NCBI GenBank assembly: GCA_040386535.1
Contig: JAZKFH010000063.1
Coordinates: 32,001 to 96,000, forward strand
Direction of reading: 5' to 3'
DNA length: 64,000 nt
DNA from: Myxococcota bacterium
Lineage (GTDB): Bacteria; Myxococcota_A; UBA796; SXON01
Below the pieces are notes generated by a model. The model was not told the DNA's origin. It searched no databases and saw only the letters and a list, made by a program, of their open reading frames with translations. Both the position numbers and the translations under genes were made by a program. The number at the start of each line of letters is the position of its first letter. Position 1 is the stretch's first letter. Positions 49,452 through 60,284 of the stretch are shown one piece after another.

Positions 49452-52400
49452 TGTGGATCTCTGACTTCGCCATCCGCAAACCCATCGTCACCATCGTCCT
49501 GATGGTCGCGCTCGTGGTCTTCGGCATCGGCGCGTTGTTCCTCCTCGACACCGACGAGTTCCCCGAGGTCAACCCGCCGGTGGTGAGCCTCGCCGTGCCC
49601 TACCCGGGCGCCTCCCCGGAGACCGTCGAGCGTGAGGTCGTCACCCCCCTGGAGGACGCGATCGCGGGCATCTCCGGCGTGGATCGCATCACCAGCACGG
49701 CGCTCGACAGCTTCGGCATCATCATCATCGAGTTCGACTTCGACAAGGACCTGCAGCAGGCCACGCAGGATGTGCGCGACAAGATCTCGGAGACCCGGAA
49801 CGACCTGCCGCCCGAGATGGAGGAGCCCATCATCTCGCGGTTCGACCCGCAGGACCTCCCGATCATCTCGCTGACGCTCTCGTCCACCACGTTGTCCCCC
49901 GCCGAGCTCACCCGCATCGCTGATCCCGGCATCACCGGCGAGCTCCAGAGCCTGCCCGGCGTGGCCCAGGTCAACGTCGTCGGCGCGATCGAGCCCGAGC
50001 TCTCCGTCGAGCTTCGGCCGGACGCGTTGGAGGCCGCCGGCGTGAGCGTGGGCCAGGTGGTCCAGGCGCTCCAGTTCGCCAACCTCGCGGCGCCGGTCGG
50101 GCGCGTGACGAACGATCGCGAGGAGCGGACGATCCGGCTCCAGGGCCGCCTCGAGAAGCCCAAGGACTTCGAGGCCATCGCGGTGGCCGGGGCGAAGGGC
50201 GAGATCGTGCGCCTGGGCGAGCTCGCGACCGTCTCGGCCGGCACGGAGGAGGCCCGGTCCCTCGCGCTCTTCAACGGCAAGGAAGCGGTCGGCATCGACG
50301 TGGTCAAGGCCACCGGCGAGAGCACGACCGCCGTGAGCGACGCGGTCCTGGCGCGGGTGGACCAGCTGCGCGCCTCCCTGCCCGCTGGCGTCGAGCTCAC
50401 CGTCGTGCGTGACTCGGGCGAGCGCGTCGCCGAGTCGGTGGCCGACGTGCAGAAGACCCTCGTGGAGGGCGCGTTCCTCACGGTCCTCGTCGTCTTCATG
50501 TTCCTGGCCAGCTGGCGCTCCACCGTCATCACCGGCTTGGCGCTGCCGGTGAGCGTGCTCGCGAGCTTCATCGCGGTGTGGGCGTTCGGCTACACGCTCA
50601 ACACGATGTCGCTCCTCGGGCTGTCGCTCGCGATCGGCATCCTGGTGGACGACGCGATCGTCGTCCGCGAGAACATCGTCCGCCACATGGAGATGGGAAA
50701 GGACCACCTCACCGCCGCGCGCGAGGGCACCGCGGAGATCGGCGCCGCCGTCTTCGCGACGACCATCTCCATCGTCGTGGTGTTCGTGCCGGTCGGGTTC
50801 ATGGGCGGCATGTCCGAGCAGTGGCTCGGGCCCATGGCGCTCACGATCGCGGCCTCGGTGGCCGTGTCGCTGCTCGTGTCCTTCTCGCTCGACCCGATGT
50901 TGTCGGCCTACTGGCCCGATCCCGTGGTCGACGAGAGCAAGCGCGGCATCGTGGCCCGGGCGCTCGGCGTGTTCAACGGCTGGGTGGACCGCCGCACCGA
51001 CACCTACCGCGGCGTCGTCCGGTGGGCGCTCGGTCACCGGTTCGCCATGGTGGTGATCGCCGCGGGGAGCTTCGCCGGGGCGCTGGCGTTGCCCGCGACC
51101 GGCATGATCGGGTCGAGCTTCTTCCCGGTCACCGACAACTCCGAGTTCATGCTCCAGCTCGAGATGCCCCCGGGGTCGAGCCTGCTCTACGGGCGCGCGA
51201 AGGCCGTCGAGGCTGCCCGGATCATCGAGCAGTTCCCCGAGGTCCGCTACAGCTACGCCACGGTGGGCGGGCAGGGAGAGACGGTCGACGAGGCGACCCT
51301 CTACGTGAGGCTGGTGCCGAAGGCCGAGCGCGATCGGCACCAGGACGACGTGGCGGCGGCCGTGCAGGCCAAGGTCGACGCCCTCGCGGGCGTCGTGGCG
51401 TCCGTGTCCAGCGGCGGCTTCGGTGACATGAAACAGATCCAGCTCCAGCTGCAGGGACCCAACGTCGACGTGCTGGCCGACCTCGCGGATCGTCTCGTCG
51501 AGGAGGTCAAGCAGGTGCCCGGCGCGGTCGACGTGGGGCTCTCCACGCGCGGCCAGAAGCCGGAGCTCGAGGTGAAGCTCGATCGTGACCTGGCGTCGAC
51601 CCTCGGGCTCTCCGTGGGGCAGGTCGCGCAGGCGCTCCGGCCCGCCTTCGCCGGGATCGACGTGGGCGACTGGGTCGATCCCACCGGGGAGACGAGGGAC
51701 GTGCGCGTCCGCTTCTCTGCCGAGGCGCGCCAGCGCGCGGAGGATCTCGTCGCGCTTCCGCTCGTGGTGGTCGGGCCCACGGGCCTCGCCACGATGGTGC
51801 CGCTCGGCCAGATCGCCGACATCGCGCAGGCCCGCGGCCCCGCGCAGATCCAGCACCTCGACCGCGATCGCGTCATCGTGGTGGAGGCGAACCCGCGCGG
51901 GGTGCCGCTCTCCGCGGTGATCGAGGGCATCGAGGATCGGCTCGCGAAGTTCGATCGTCCCGCCGGCTACACGATCACTCAGGGCGGTGACGTGGAGGCC
52001 CAGCAGGAGGTGTTCGGGCGCACGCTCGGGGCGCTCGCGGTCGCGGTCCTGCTGATGTACTTCATCTTCGTCGTGCAGTTCGGGAGCTTCCTCGAGCCCA
52101 TCGCCATCATGGCCTCCCTGCCGCTCTCGTTGATCGGGGTCATGCTCGCGCTGCTCGTGACCGGGTCCACGCTCAACCTCATGAGCATGATCGGCATCAC
52201 GCTGCTCTTCGGCATCGTCGCGAAGAACGCGATCCTCCTGGTCGACTTCGCGAAGCTCTCCGAGGAGGCGGGCATGTCGCGGCGGGAGGCGATCATCGAG
52301 GCGGGCGGCAAGCGGCTGCGCCCCATCCTCATGACCAGCGTGGCGATCGTGGCCGGCATGATCCCCGTCGCGCTCGGCCTGGGCGAGGGCGCCGAGTTCC

Positions 52401-52573
52401 GTGCGCCCCTCGGCCGCGCGGTGATCGGCGGCGTCATCACCTCGACCTTCCTCACGCTCCTGGTGATCCCAACGTTCTACGACATGATCGTCGACTGGCG
52501 GGAGCGCTTCGTGCGGATGGTGATGCCCGCCCGGAAGACCGTGCACGAGGGCGGCCAGGCCACCGGGAAGTAG
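49451..52573 (+). CDS. RND efflux permease (AcrB/HAE1-type)
   Basis: [37 protein letters not shown]. Confidence 0.95.
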   Translation: MWISDFAIRKPIVTIVLMVALVVFGIGALFLLDTDEFPEVNPPVVSLAVPYPGASPETVEREVVTPLEDAIAGISGVDRITSTALDSFGIIIIEFDFDKDLQQATQDVRDKISETRNDLPPEMEEPIISRFDPQDLPIISLTLSSTTLSPAELTRIADPGITGELQSLPGVAQVNVVGAIEPELSVELRPDALEAAGVSVGQVVQALQFANLAAPVGRVTNDREERTIRLQGRLEKPKDFEAIAVAGAKGEIVRLGELATVSAGTEEARSLALFNGKEAVGIDVVKATGESTTAVSDAVLARVDQLRASLPAGVELTVVRDSGERVAESVADVQKTLVEGAFLTVLVVFMFLASWRSTVITGLALPVSVLASFIAVWAFGYTLNTMSLLGLSLAIGILVDDAIVVRENIVRHMEMGKDHLTAAREGTAEIGAAVFATTISIVVVFVPVGFMGGMSEQWLGPMALTIAASVAVSLLVSFSLDPMLSAYWPDPVVDESKRGIVARALGVFNGWVDRRTDTYRGVVRWALGHRFAMVVIAAGSFAGALALPATGMIGSSFFPVTDNSEFMLQLEMPPGSSLLYGRAKAVEAARIIEQFPEVRYSYATVGGQGETVDEATLYVRLVPKAERDRHQDDVAAAVQAKVDALAGVVASVSSGGFGDMKQIQLQLQGPNVDVLADLADRLVEEVKQVPGAVDVGLSTRGQKPELEVKLDRDLASTLGLSVGQVAQALRPAFAGIDVGDWVDPTGETRDVRVRFSAEARQRAEDLVALPLVVVGPTGLATMVPLGQIADIAQARGPAQIQHLDRDRVIVVEANPRGVPLSAVIEGIEDRLAKFDRPAGYTITQGGDVEAQQEVFGRTLGALAVAVLLMYFIFVVQFGSFLEPIAIMASLPLSLIGVMLALLVTGSTLNLMSMIGITLLFGIVAKNAILLVDFAKLSEEAGMSRREAIIEAGGKRLRPILMTSVAIVAGMIPVALGLGEGAEFRAPLGRAVIGGVITSTFLTLLVIPTFYDMIVDWRERFVRMVMPARKTVHEGGQATGK

Positions 52574-52616
52574 GCGTCATCGCGCCCCTGGTGCCTGGCC
52601 TCCCGCGTCTACCGGT

Positions 52617-54827
52617 TCAGGGAGCCGGTGCCGCCGGTGCCGCCGCGGCGCCTGCCGGAGCGGCGGCGGGCGCGGCGTCGGCGACGGGCGGCACCGGGAG
52701 GCCGGGGATCTTGACGATCCCGGCCGCGGCGAGCCCGATGACGACGAGCACGACCGTCGCGAGCACGGCAACCGCGTAGGGCAGTCTGGACGCCGGCGCG
52801 GCGAACGGATCGCGCAGGTCGCGCGCGGAGCCGGGGGGGAGCGCGGCGAGCTGGGTGAGGGAGCGCCCGAACGGGATGTTGACGCGTGCCTGCGTGTTCA
52901 GGGCCCAACCGTCGGCATCGAGGATCGGGCCGATGTTGCGGTGGCGGAGCTTGAGCGCGGCGATGAAGACGGACGGGCCGGAGATCGCCAGGATCAGCCC
53001 GACCAGCCCGAGCGGCATCCACATGCCGAGCCCGAACACGGCCGACATGATGGCGCCGAGCGCCGCGGTGATGCCACCGACCGCCACGCCGATCGCGGCG
53101 ACGGTGCCGATGTCGATCTTGGCGGCCGGAGCGTCGGGGGCCGCGGGCTTGTCGGAGGTGGCCACCTTCGCGGCCGCCAGGTTCAGGGTGCCCTGGGACT
53201 CGGCCTCGGCGGCGGCGGCGCGCTTGTTGACGTAGTCCTCGACGGCTCGGAGGAACTTCTTGTAGGGAGACCAGAACGCCTGCCGGAGGCTGATCGGGTT
53301 GTCGACGATGCGCGTGATCGTGGCGTCGTAGTCGCGGCCCTTCCGGTCATAGAAGAGCCCGTTGCGGCCCACCATCAAGTTGTCCGAGTCGCCATCGGTC
53401 AGCGCGGCGCAGATGCTCATCTTGCGCCCGTCGACCTTGCGCGTGCAGTCCAGGTACACGAGGTAGGACCCCGAGCGGCCAGCCATGGACGCGTGGCGGC
53501 CGGCGTCGAGCACGCTGATGACCAGCTCGCAGCTGCGCTGGTCGAGGTAGAGCGTGCCCGCCTGGAACACGGCCTTGTCGCGACGGCCGTAGAAGACCGA
53601 GAAGTTGACGAAGTTGCGGAGCAGCTGCCCGAGGTTGGCGTGGTAGCGGACCAGCCGCTCGACGTTCGCGATCGAGTTGGCGTCCTCGCGACGCTCCTCG
53701 TCCCGCGCGATGAGCGCGAGGATCTCGGCCTTGCCGGTCCCCGCGAGGATCTCCGCCACGCGCGCGGGGCCGAGCCCGGCCACCTCGACGCCGGCGCGGG
53801 CCGCCAGCCATGCGCCGTACGGCGCGAGGTGGTCCTTCAAGCGCGCCCAGTCGGCCGCGGTGCACTCGGTGCGCTCGCCCAGGATCGGCCAGACTACGCG
53901 ATCGTAGAAGGACTCGACGCGGGCGCTCCACGCGGGGTTCACGCCGTTTCGCAGCGGGAGCGCACGCCCGGGCTCCACGAGCGCGATGGGGAACGGCTCG
54001 AGCTCCACACATTCGGCAGAGAGGTCATGGCTGGAGATCCCGACGTACTCGGTCTCCGGGCGGTTCAGCGACACGATGCTTCGGGCGTCGAAGCCGGCGA
54101 GGCGGACGCGCGAGAAGAAGTCGTCCACCTTGGTGCGGACGGCCTCGAAGGCCGCGTGGGCCGCGATCGTGGCGTCGGTGCCGAGCGGAAACAACACCGC
54201 GGCCTCGGTCGTGGCGCGGTCGTGCCAGTCCGCGAACGCCTGGCAGGCGGCGAAGAAGGCCTCGATCCGGGCCACGGTGACCCCGTTGTCCCCCGTGCGA
54301 TCGTGCTCGCCGCCGAGGCAGAGCACGGCGTCACGGATCACGGCCGCGACCGCCGGGGATTCCGCGGTCTTCTCGGTGACGACGCCGTCCCCGTTGAACG
54401 GCATGTTCGCGAAGATGGCGCTTTCGTCGGAGACATCCGCCACCGTGAGCTCGGTGGCCGTGGGCTTGCCCAGCCCGGCCAGGATCGTCCGCGCGGAGGC
54501 GAGGGTGGCGCGGCCCTCGGGGCTGTCGTCCCGGATGCTCGAGAGCGGCAAGGCCGCGGCGGGCTTGAGGATCTCCGCGGGATCCCGCAGCAGGCGGCAG
54601 ACCACGTCGACCGCGGCGAGCAGCTCCGGCACGCGCACGCGCTGGTCACCGTCCAGGTCGATGAGCGCCATCATCCGCTCGTCGATCTCCAGGCCGTGCA
54701 CGGGACACCCGAGGGCGACCCACAACTTCTGGTCGAGCGAGCCGAGGTTGCGCAGGTCGTCCGCGGTCTCCAGGCGAACCTGGTCCACGCCGCCCGCCCG
54801 AAAGAAACGCCAGGGGTAGATGCTCAT
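52617..54827 (-). CDS. Uncharacterised protein with EF-hand-like loop and C-terminal TMs
   Basis: 736 aa with typical coding composition; DLDGDQRVRVPE; hydrophobic segments near the C-terminus. Confidence 0.75.
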   Translation of the reverse strand: MSIYPWRFFRAGGVDQVRLETADDLRNLGSLDQKLWVALGCPVHGLEIDERMMALIDLDGDQRVRVPELLAAVDVVCRLLRDPAEILKPAAALPLSSIRDDSPEGRATLASARTILAGLGKPTATELTVADVSDESAIFANMPFNGDGVVTEKTAESPAVAAVIRDAVLCLGGEHDRTGDNGVTVARIEAFFAACQAFADWHDRATTEAAVLFPLGTDATIAAHAAFEAVRTKVDDFFSRVRLAGFDARSIVSLNRPETEYVGISSHDLSAECVELEPFPIALVEPGRALPLRNGVNPAWSARVESFYDRVVWPILGERTECTAADWARLKDHLAPYGAWLAARAGVEVAGLGPARVAEILAGTGKAEILALIARDEERREDANSIANVERLVRYHANLGQLLRNFVNFSVFYGRRDKAVFQAGTLYLDQRSCELVISVLDAGRHASMAGRSGSYLVYLDCTRKVDGRKMSICAALTDGDSDNLMVGRNGLFYDRKGRDYDATITRIVDNPISLRQAFWSPYKKFLRAVEDYVNKRAAAAEAESQGTLNLAAAKVATSDKPAAPDAPAAKIDIGTVAAIGVAVGGITAALGAIMSAVFGLGMWMPLGLVGLILAISGPSVFIAALKLRHRNIGPILDADGWALNTQARVNIPFGRSLTQLAALPPGSARDLRDPFAAPASRLPYAVAVLATVVLVVIGLAAAGIVKIPGLPVPPVADAAPAAAPAGAAAAPAAPAP

Positions 54828-54871
54828 CGGCGCATTGTATCAGATGCGCCTGCTCGATTCCTTACGAGGAC

Positions 54872-55987
54872 CTACCACCACGCCCGGAGCGCGCGGTCGG
54901 CGTCACTCAACGGCATCCCCAGCGCGGTCTCCAGCGCCTTTCGGTTGTCGGCGATGGGGGCGTCGAATTTCAACTGCCCGAACAGCGCCTGGAGCGTGGC
55001 CTGCCCCTTGGTGGCCACAATCCACTGGGCGAAGGCGCCCGCAACCGGGAACGAAGAGCCCTGTGGAAGCGCCCGGAACGCCTTGGGGTCGAGGAGCGTC
55101 TCCAGCGTGGGCGCGGTGCCCGCGGCCGCGAGCGCGCGCGACGACTGCTTGATCTCGCGCCCGTCCCACTCCCCCGCGAACGAGACCGCGAGCCCCTCGG
55201 TGAGGAGCGGCGGGGGATCCCCCCAGGCGCGCGCGAGCACCCGCATGATCGAGACCGCGTCGTTGCGGAAGAGGGTGTGGATCGTGGTGCCGGATACGTG
55301 CGCGTCCCGACGAACGCCCGTGTACTGGTCGATCGAGTCGAGGCTTCCGTAGCGGTGGTAGTCGATGCGGGCCTTCGTCGGCGTTCCGCCGAGCAGCGCG
55401 AGCGCACGATCGTACGCGTCGTCGTTGGCCGCGAGCTGGTCCTCGCGGAACGCGTCGTTCCCGAGCCAGTGGTAGGTGAACGGGCCGCGGCCGAGCGTGT
55501 TCCAGTCCAGGGTGACCGGCTCCACGATGAGATCGTCGTACCAGCCGGCGCCGGGGCCGGGCAGGAGGAAGCCGACCTCGACGTCGCGGGCACCCGCGGG
55601 CACCTGGAAGTAGCGCGTGAAGGGGGTCCACTCGGTGCCGGGGCTGCACGGGCCGGCCTGCGTCATCTCTCCGCCCTCAAAGCGCACGAACACGCCGCAC
55701 GGAGCGTCCGTGGCGTTCGTGGCGTCCACCCCTTCGGTCTTCGTCCGCGCCTCGACGCGGATCCACGTCACGTCCCGGAGCTCCATCTTTCGGGAGACGG
55801 CGGTGAACTTCCGGGTCTTCGGGCCGGCGCGGAGCACGAGCGCGCCGTCCTCGACGGTCCATTCGCTCGGCTTCCCACCCCCGGTCTGGGCGCCGACGGA
55901 GATCTTCCACCCCTCGGAGAGCGTGGTTGCGTCGAAGCGCTCGGTGACGAGCGGGAGGGCGAGGGCGGTGGAGACGAGGAGGAGCAC
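54872..55987 (-). CDS. Secreted protein: carbohydrate-binding-like jelly roll plus degenerate peptidase MA-like domain
   Basis: Short signal; GTEW.....F.VP.GA....G.GWYDDL; P.LL.EGLA...Y/F..AG.F..W without HExxH. Confidence 0.55.
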   Translation of the reverse strand: MLLLVSTALALPLVTERFDATTLSEGWKISVGAQTGGGKPSEWTVEDGALVLRAGPKTRKFTAVSRKMELRDVTWIRVEARTKTEGVDATNATDAPCGVFVRFEGGEMTQAGPCSPGTEWTPFTRYFQVPAGARDVEVGFLLPGPGAGWYDDLIVEPVTLDWNTLGRGPFTYHWLGNDAFREDQLAANDDAYDRALALLGGTPTKARIDYHRYGSLDSIDQYTGVRRDAHVSGTTIHTLFRNDAVSIMRVLARAWGDPPPLLTEGLAVSFAGEWDGREIKQSSRALAAAGTAPTLETLLDPKAFRALPQGSSFPVAGAFAQWIVATKGQATLQALFGQLKFDAPIADNRKALETALGMPLSDADRALRAWW

Positions 55988-56076
55988 GGGGCAGCCCTAT
56001 CCCGTCGGGCCCGCCGGGAGCGAGCGGCCCGATCGGGGGGCGCGGGTCGTCCGGGCGCATGGTACAGGTGCCTCCC

Positions 56077-56871
56077 ATGGCATCCCTCCGCACGCTGCTC
56101 CTGCCCCTCATCCTCGCCGCCTGCACATCGGAGGGCGCCCCCGACGACACCGCGGACACGTCGGTGGACGAGGTGCCGCCGGCCATCCCCCTGGCCGTGC
56201 CGGGGACCCTCGTGGACATCCCCTCGGGCCCCTTCGTCATGGGCTGCGACACCGCGGCCCATCCCGAGTGCAACGGAGACGAGGCGCCGGTGCACACGGT
56301 CGAGCTCTCCGCGTTCCGCATCGAGGTCACCGAGGTGACCGTCGCGCAGTGGCAGGAGTGCAGGGACGCGTTCGGCTGCCCCGAGCTGTCGGGGGAGGTG
56401 GGCGCCGCGGACGAGCCGATGGTGGGGATGACCGTCGATCGGGCCGAAGGGTATTGCCGGTGGAAGGAGCGTCGGCTCCCGACCGAGGCGGAGTGGGAGC
56501 GGGCGGCCCGCGGGCCCGAGGGCGGGCTCTACCCCTGGGGGGACGACGCGCCTGACTGTGATCGGGCCGCTTCGCGCATGTGTGACGGCGGGTTGGTGCC
56601 CGTGTCGACCCACCCCGCCGGAATGACTGCCGAGGGCGTGTACGACATGGCCGGGAACGCGTGGGAGTGGGTCTCGGATGGGTACGACGCCGACTTCTAC
56701 GCGTCGTCCTCCACCACCGATCCGGAGGGCCAGGCGCCGGGGGGCCAACGCGTCGTACGGGGGCCCGACGGATGGGCCGACCTGACCGTGCTCCGCTCGA
56801 CCAACCGCGAGATGGCGATCCCGGACGGCGCCAGCGCGCTGGTGGGCTTCCGCTGTGTGGAGGCCGAATGA
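56077..56871 (+). CDS. FGE-sulfatase (SUMF1/EgtB/PvdO) domain lipoprotein
   Basis: LAAC; F.MG, DE.P.H.V, TEVT, RLPTEAEWE.AARG, DMAGNAWEW, GFRC. Confidence 0.9.
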   Translation: MASLRTLLLPLILAACTSEGAPDDTADTSVDEVPPAIPLAVPGTLVDIPSGPFVMGCDTAAHPECNGDEAPVHTVELSAFRIEVTEVTVAQWQECRDAFGCPELSGEVGAADEPMVGMTVDRAEGYCRWKERRLPTEAEWERAARGPEGGLYPWGDDAPDCDRAASRMCDGGLVPVSTHPAGMTAEGVYDMAGNAWEWVSDGYDADFYASSSTTDPEGQAPGGQRVVRGPDGWADLTVLRSTNREMAIPDGASALVGFRCVEAE

Positions 56872-57884
56872 TCGCGCTCGCCCTGTTCGTGGCCTGTCAG
56901 TCCGACGGCCCCGCGGATGACCCCTCCGACGACACCGGCGCCGTGGAGCCCGCGGGCCCCTTCGTCGAGACCCTCGATCCGCACGTCATGCACGTGCTGG
57001 CGACCAGCACGCCCGCGCCCGGGGATCCCGGCCACGCGGTGACCGAGCTGTCCGTGACGCTCGACGTCCAGTGGGCGGTCGACCTCGACCCGGGGGCAGG
57101 CACCGCCGGCGCGGTTCGTTTCGAGAACGGCGACACCGTGTACGTGCGGTCCTCCCTGCCCCCGAACTTCGTCTCGGCGCTCGAGCGCGTGGACGCCGCC
57201 GGCGCGCTCGTCTGGTCGCAGGACGCGTTCTTCAGCGGCGCGCTCTCGTTCGCGCACGGCGTGGTCCTCACGCCCGACGGGGACTACGTCATCGCCGACC
57301 CCATCGTGTCCCGCGTGTTCGGGGTCTCCGAGGCCGGTGAGGTGCTCTGGGAGCTGCCGTTCCGCAGCGACGCCGGCACGTGGCACCCCAACGGGCTCGA
57401 TCTCCAGACGGACGCCGAGGGCGTCACCCGCATCGCCCTCTCCGAGCTGGTCGCTCCCGACTCGCGCAGGGGCGAGCGCGTCGAGGTGTACCGCCTCGGC
57501 GGGCGCACCGACACCCCGACGCTCGAGTGGAGCTTCGAGGGGGGCGTCGGCACGGCCGAGCGCCTGTGGCCGCACGGGCCGCGGTTCATGGCCGACGGGA
57601 GCGTCCTCGTCAGCTGGGCGGCGCTGGGCCAGCTCGCGCGTGTCGAGGGCGGGACCGAGGACTGGCGCGTGCCGGAGGAGCCGGGCGTGCTCGCCTTCCC
57701 GCGCGACGCCGTCGTGTTGCCCGACGGCTCGTGGCTGGTCGCGGACGCCGCCCAGGAGGTGCTGAGGGTCCACGATCCACTCGGCGCCTTCGAGATCGTC
57801 GACGCCGCGTACGTCCCCGGGGTCTTCGGCCTCACGGCGGTGACCTGCGGCTCGGGCGGCGGCCTGCCCTGCTTGCAGCCGTAG
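56868..57884 (+). CDS. Beta-propeller lipoprotein (arylsulfotransferase/NHL-like)
   Basis: MIALALFVAC; repeated G..vW, FAH, HPNG, WPH, FPRDA blades; ATGA overlap. Confidence 0.6.
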   Translation: MIALALFVACQSDGPADDPSDDTGAVEPAGPFVETLDPHVMHVLATSTPAPGDPGHAVTELSVTLDVQWAVDLDPGAGTAGAVRFENGDTVYVRSSLPPNFVSALERVDAAGALVWSQDAFFSGALSFAHGVVLTPDGDYVIADPIVSRVFGVSEAGEVLWELPFRSDAGTWHPNGLDLQTDAEGVTRIALSELVAPDSRRGERVEVYRLGGRTDTPTLEWSFEGGVGTAERLWPHGPRFMADGSVLVSWAALGQLARVEGGTEDWRVPEEPGVLAFPRDAVVLPDGSWLVADAAQEVLRVHDPLGAFEIVDAAYVPGVFGLTAVTCGSGGGLPCLQP

Positions 57885-57887
57885 CGC

Positions 57888-59558
57888 TCACTCCTCGAAC
57901 AGCTCCCTCCGCAGGCGCGTGACGCGCCGATCGTCCGGGGCCACGACGAGGCGGTCGTCGAGGCGCCGTTGCGCCGCTTCCGGGTGGCCGGCCGCCACGA
58001 GCGCGCGCACGGCGGCCTCGAAGATGCGCCCGTCACCGGGAAAGGTGGTCAGCGCCTCGTCCGTGAGCGCGGGCACGGAGGGGTCCGGGTAGAGCGCCAC
58101 GAGCTCGAGCAGGGCCTGGACCGGGGCGGGCTCGGTGGGCGCCTCGCGGCGCGCGGCGTCGATGTGGGCGCGGGCGGCGGCGGGATCGCCGATGTCGGCG
58201 GCGCCCTTCGCACGCTCGAGGAGCCCGCGCCAGCCGCCGGTGGCGCCCTGGGCAGTCGCCACCTCCTCCGGGAGGGGGAGGGTGATCCCATGGAAGATGC
58301 GCCCCCCCAGGTGTGCGACCCGGCCGCTGCGCGCGGGCACGTCGAGGAGGATGCGGTGTTCGTAGCGCCCGCGCGTGTAGAGCTCCGCGTCCACGCGGCG
58401 AAGGAGCCCCTTGGACTCGTAGGCGATGCGGAGGTGCCGACCGGGCACGCCGTCCCGCTCGACGTCGGTCGCTTCCCGCACGACGGCCCAGGGGTCGACC
58501 TCTCGATAGGCGTCGAGCAGCGCGTCGGCCGCCGTCGCGAGCGGCTTGGGGCGTTCGTGGTGGACGGTGCGCGCCACGAGCTGGCCGCCGTCGACGGGGG
58601 ATACCCAGGCACGGTCGCCGGTGGCGGCCCAGCCGATGGTCCACCACACCGGACGCGGAGCCACCAGGCCGTCCTCCTCGATCGCCACCAGCGGAATCGG
58701 CACCCGCGCCATCGTGGCCACCCCCACGCCGGCAAGGAGCACCACGATGAAGGAGATCTTGCGGTTGCGCGCCTTCCAGACGGGCCCGACGTTCGGACGC
58801 AGGAACCACATCTGCGCTCCGCCCGCGAGCAGCCCGCCGATGTGCCCCCAGTTGTCGACCCGCTCCGACGTCATCCCGCGCGCGAGGAAGTAGAGCGCGA
58901 ACACGAGGATGAACGCGCCGAAGTTGGAGCGCGCGCGCACCGGTAGCAGGTTGCCGTAGCGCAGCCCGAACACCGCCGCCGCGGCGAGCACGCCGAAGTC
59001 TCCCCCGGAGGCGCCCAGCGACGCGGCCCCGGGCAAGAGGAACGTGGAGAGGACGCCGCCCCAGAACACGCTCGACCCGAACAGCACCGCGAGGGTGAGC
59101 GCGCCGAGCACCCCCTCCAACGCGACGCCGATGTAGGCGATGAACAACATGTTCATCAAGATGTGGCCGAAGTCGCCGTGGAGGAACCCGTGGGTGACCA
59201 GCCGCCAGTACTCGTTGCCCTCGATGATCGCCGGGGTGTACTTCGAGAAGGTCTCCGCGAGGTAGGGCTGGGCGGGCGTGTACTGGGTCCACGTGAAGAT
59301 GCGCAGCTCGATCCCCACGAGCAGCGCCGTGAACCACGGCACGGCCGGGTTCGCCAGGGCCTGGCGCACGAGCACCTCGGGCGACGCGCGGAGCCCCTGG
59401 TAGAGCTCCAGGGCGCCGGCCGGAATCCAGCGGCCCTTCGTCAACGGATCGGCGCGCACGGGCGTTTCGGGCCCGATCGTCCCGTCACGCACCATCTCTT
59501 CGAACTCGGGGAGCGCGGTGACGCGTTCGGACCCATCGAGTTGGACATGCAGGAGCAC
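57888..59558 (-). CDS. Rhomboid intramembrane serine protease with N-terminal GYF-like and C-terminal soluble/TPR-like domains
   Basis: YWRL.T.GFLH....H...N, GASG, HIGG. Confidence 0.85.
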   Translation of the reverse strand: MLLHVQLDGSERVTALPEFEEMVRDGTIGPETPVRADPLTKGRWIPAGALELYQGLRASPEVLVRQALANPAVPWFTALLVGIELRIFTWTQYTPAQPYLAETFSKYTPAIIEGNEYWRLVTHGFLHGDFGHILMNMLFIAYIGVALEGVLGALTLAVLFGSSVFWGGVLSTFLLPGAASLGASGGDFGVLAAAAVFGLRYGNLLPVRARSNFGAFILVFALYFLARGMTSERVDNWGHIGGLLAGGAQMWFLRPNVGPVWKARNRKISFIVVLLAGVGVATMARVPIPLVAIEEDGLVAPRPVWWTIGWAATGDRAWVSPVDGGQLVARTVHHERPKPLATAADALLDAYREVDPWAVVREATDVERDGVPGRHLRIAYESKGLLRRVDAELYTRGRYEHRILLDVPARSGRVAHLGGRIFHGITLPLPEEVATAQGATGGWRGLLERAKGAADIGDPAAARAHIDAARREAPTEPAPVQALLELVALYPDPSVPALTDEALTTFPGDGRIFEAAVRALVAAGHPEAAQRRLDDRLVVAPDDRRVTRLRRELFEE

Positions 59559-59627
59559 GGTGTCTAGCCTAGGTTCCAGGTCGGGTCTTATCCGCTCTTT
59601 CCCCCCTGGAGGTCCCCCTTGGATCAC

Positions 59628-60284
59628 ATGGAACGCGCCCGACTCCTCGAGGCGTGCCGGTCGCTCCCGCTCTTTCCGCTGCCGGGAACCGTGCTCCTTC
59701 CGGGGTCCTTGCTGCCGCTGCACGTCTTCGAGCCGCGCTATCGCCAGCTCGTCGCCGACTGCCTGCGCGACAAGCGGCCGTTGTCCGTGTGCCAGGTGAT
59801 GCCGGAAGACGCCGCGGACACCGCGGGCAGCCCCCGCATCCTCCCGTATGCCGGGGTCGGGATCATCGGGGCGCACCAGGAGCTACCCGACGGGCGCTAC
59901 AACGTGCTCGTACAGCCGGTCGGACGCATTCGCATCCTGACGGAGGCCGTCTCCGGGTTGTTGTACCGGGTCGCCATCGCCGAGCTGTTGGACGACGCCG
60001 TGGTCGACCCCGCGGAGCTCGCCGCCGAGGGCGACCGCGTGCGCAGCCTGTTCACGCCGCTCGTCGGGCGCATGGGCCAGGTGGGGGAGGGCGTTGCCCG
60101 TGCGTTGCGCTCGTTGCCGCCCGAGCGGGTCCCCGAGGCCGTGGCGTCGGTGGTCCTCCGGACGGACGACACGCGCCAGCTCTTCCTTGCCGAGGACAAC
60201 CCCCTCCGCCGCGCCGCGATGGTCGAAGAAGCTGTCCTCACCTTGCTCGCCGAGGTCAGCGGCGCTGTCGCCGCGGAGGCCTGA
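59628..60284 (+). CDS. Stand-alone Lon N-terminal (substrate-binding) domain protein
   Basis: LPLFPL...VL.PG..LPLHVFEPRY, LPDGRY. Confidence 0.9.
   Translation: MERARLLEACRSLPLFPLPGTVLLPGSLLPLHVFEPRYRQLVADCLRDKRPLSVCQVMPEDAADTAGSPRILPYAGVGIIGAHQELPDGRYNVLVQPVGRIRILTEAVSGLLYRVAIAELLDDAVVDPAELAAEGDRVRSLFTPLVGRMGQVGEGVARALRSLPPERVPEAVASVVLRTDDTRQLFLAEDNPLRRAAMVEEAVLTLLAEVSGAVAAEA

Noticed and set aside
47918..52546. 1542-aa minus-strand ORF (also 7272-9233, 14779-17316, 52941-55352, 60946-63393)
   Set aside because: Antisense shadows of well-supported genes
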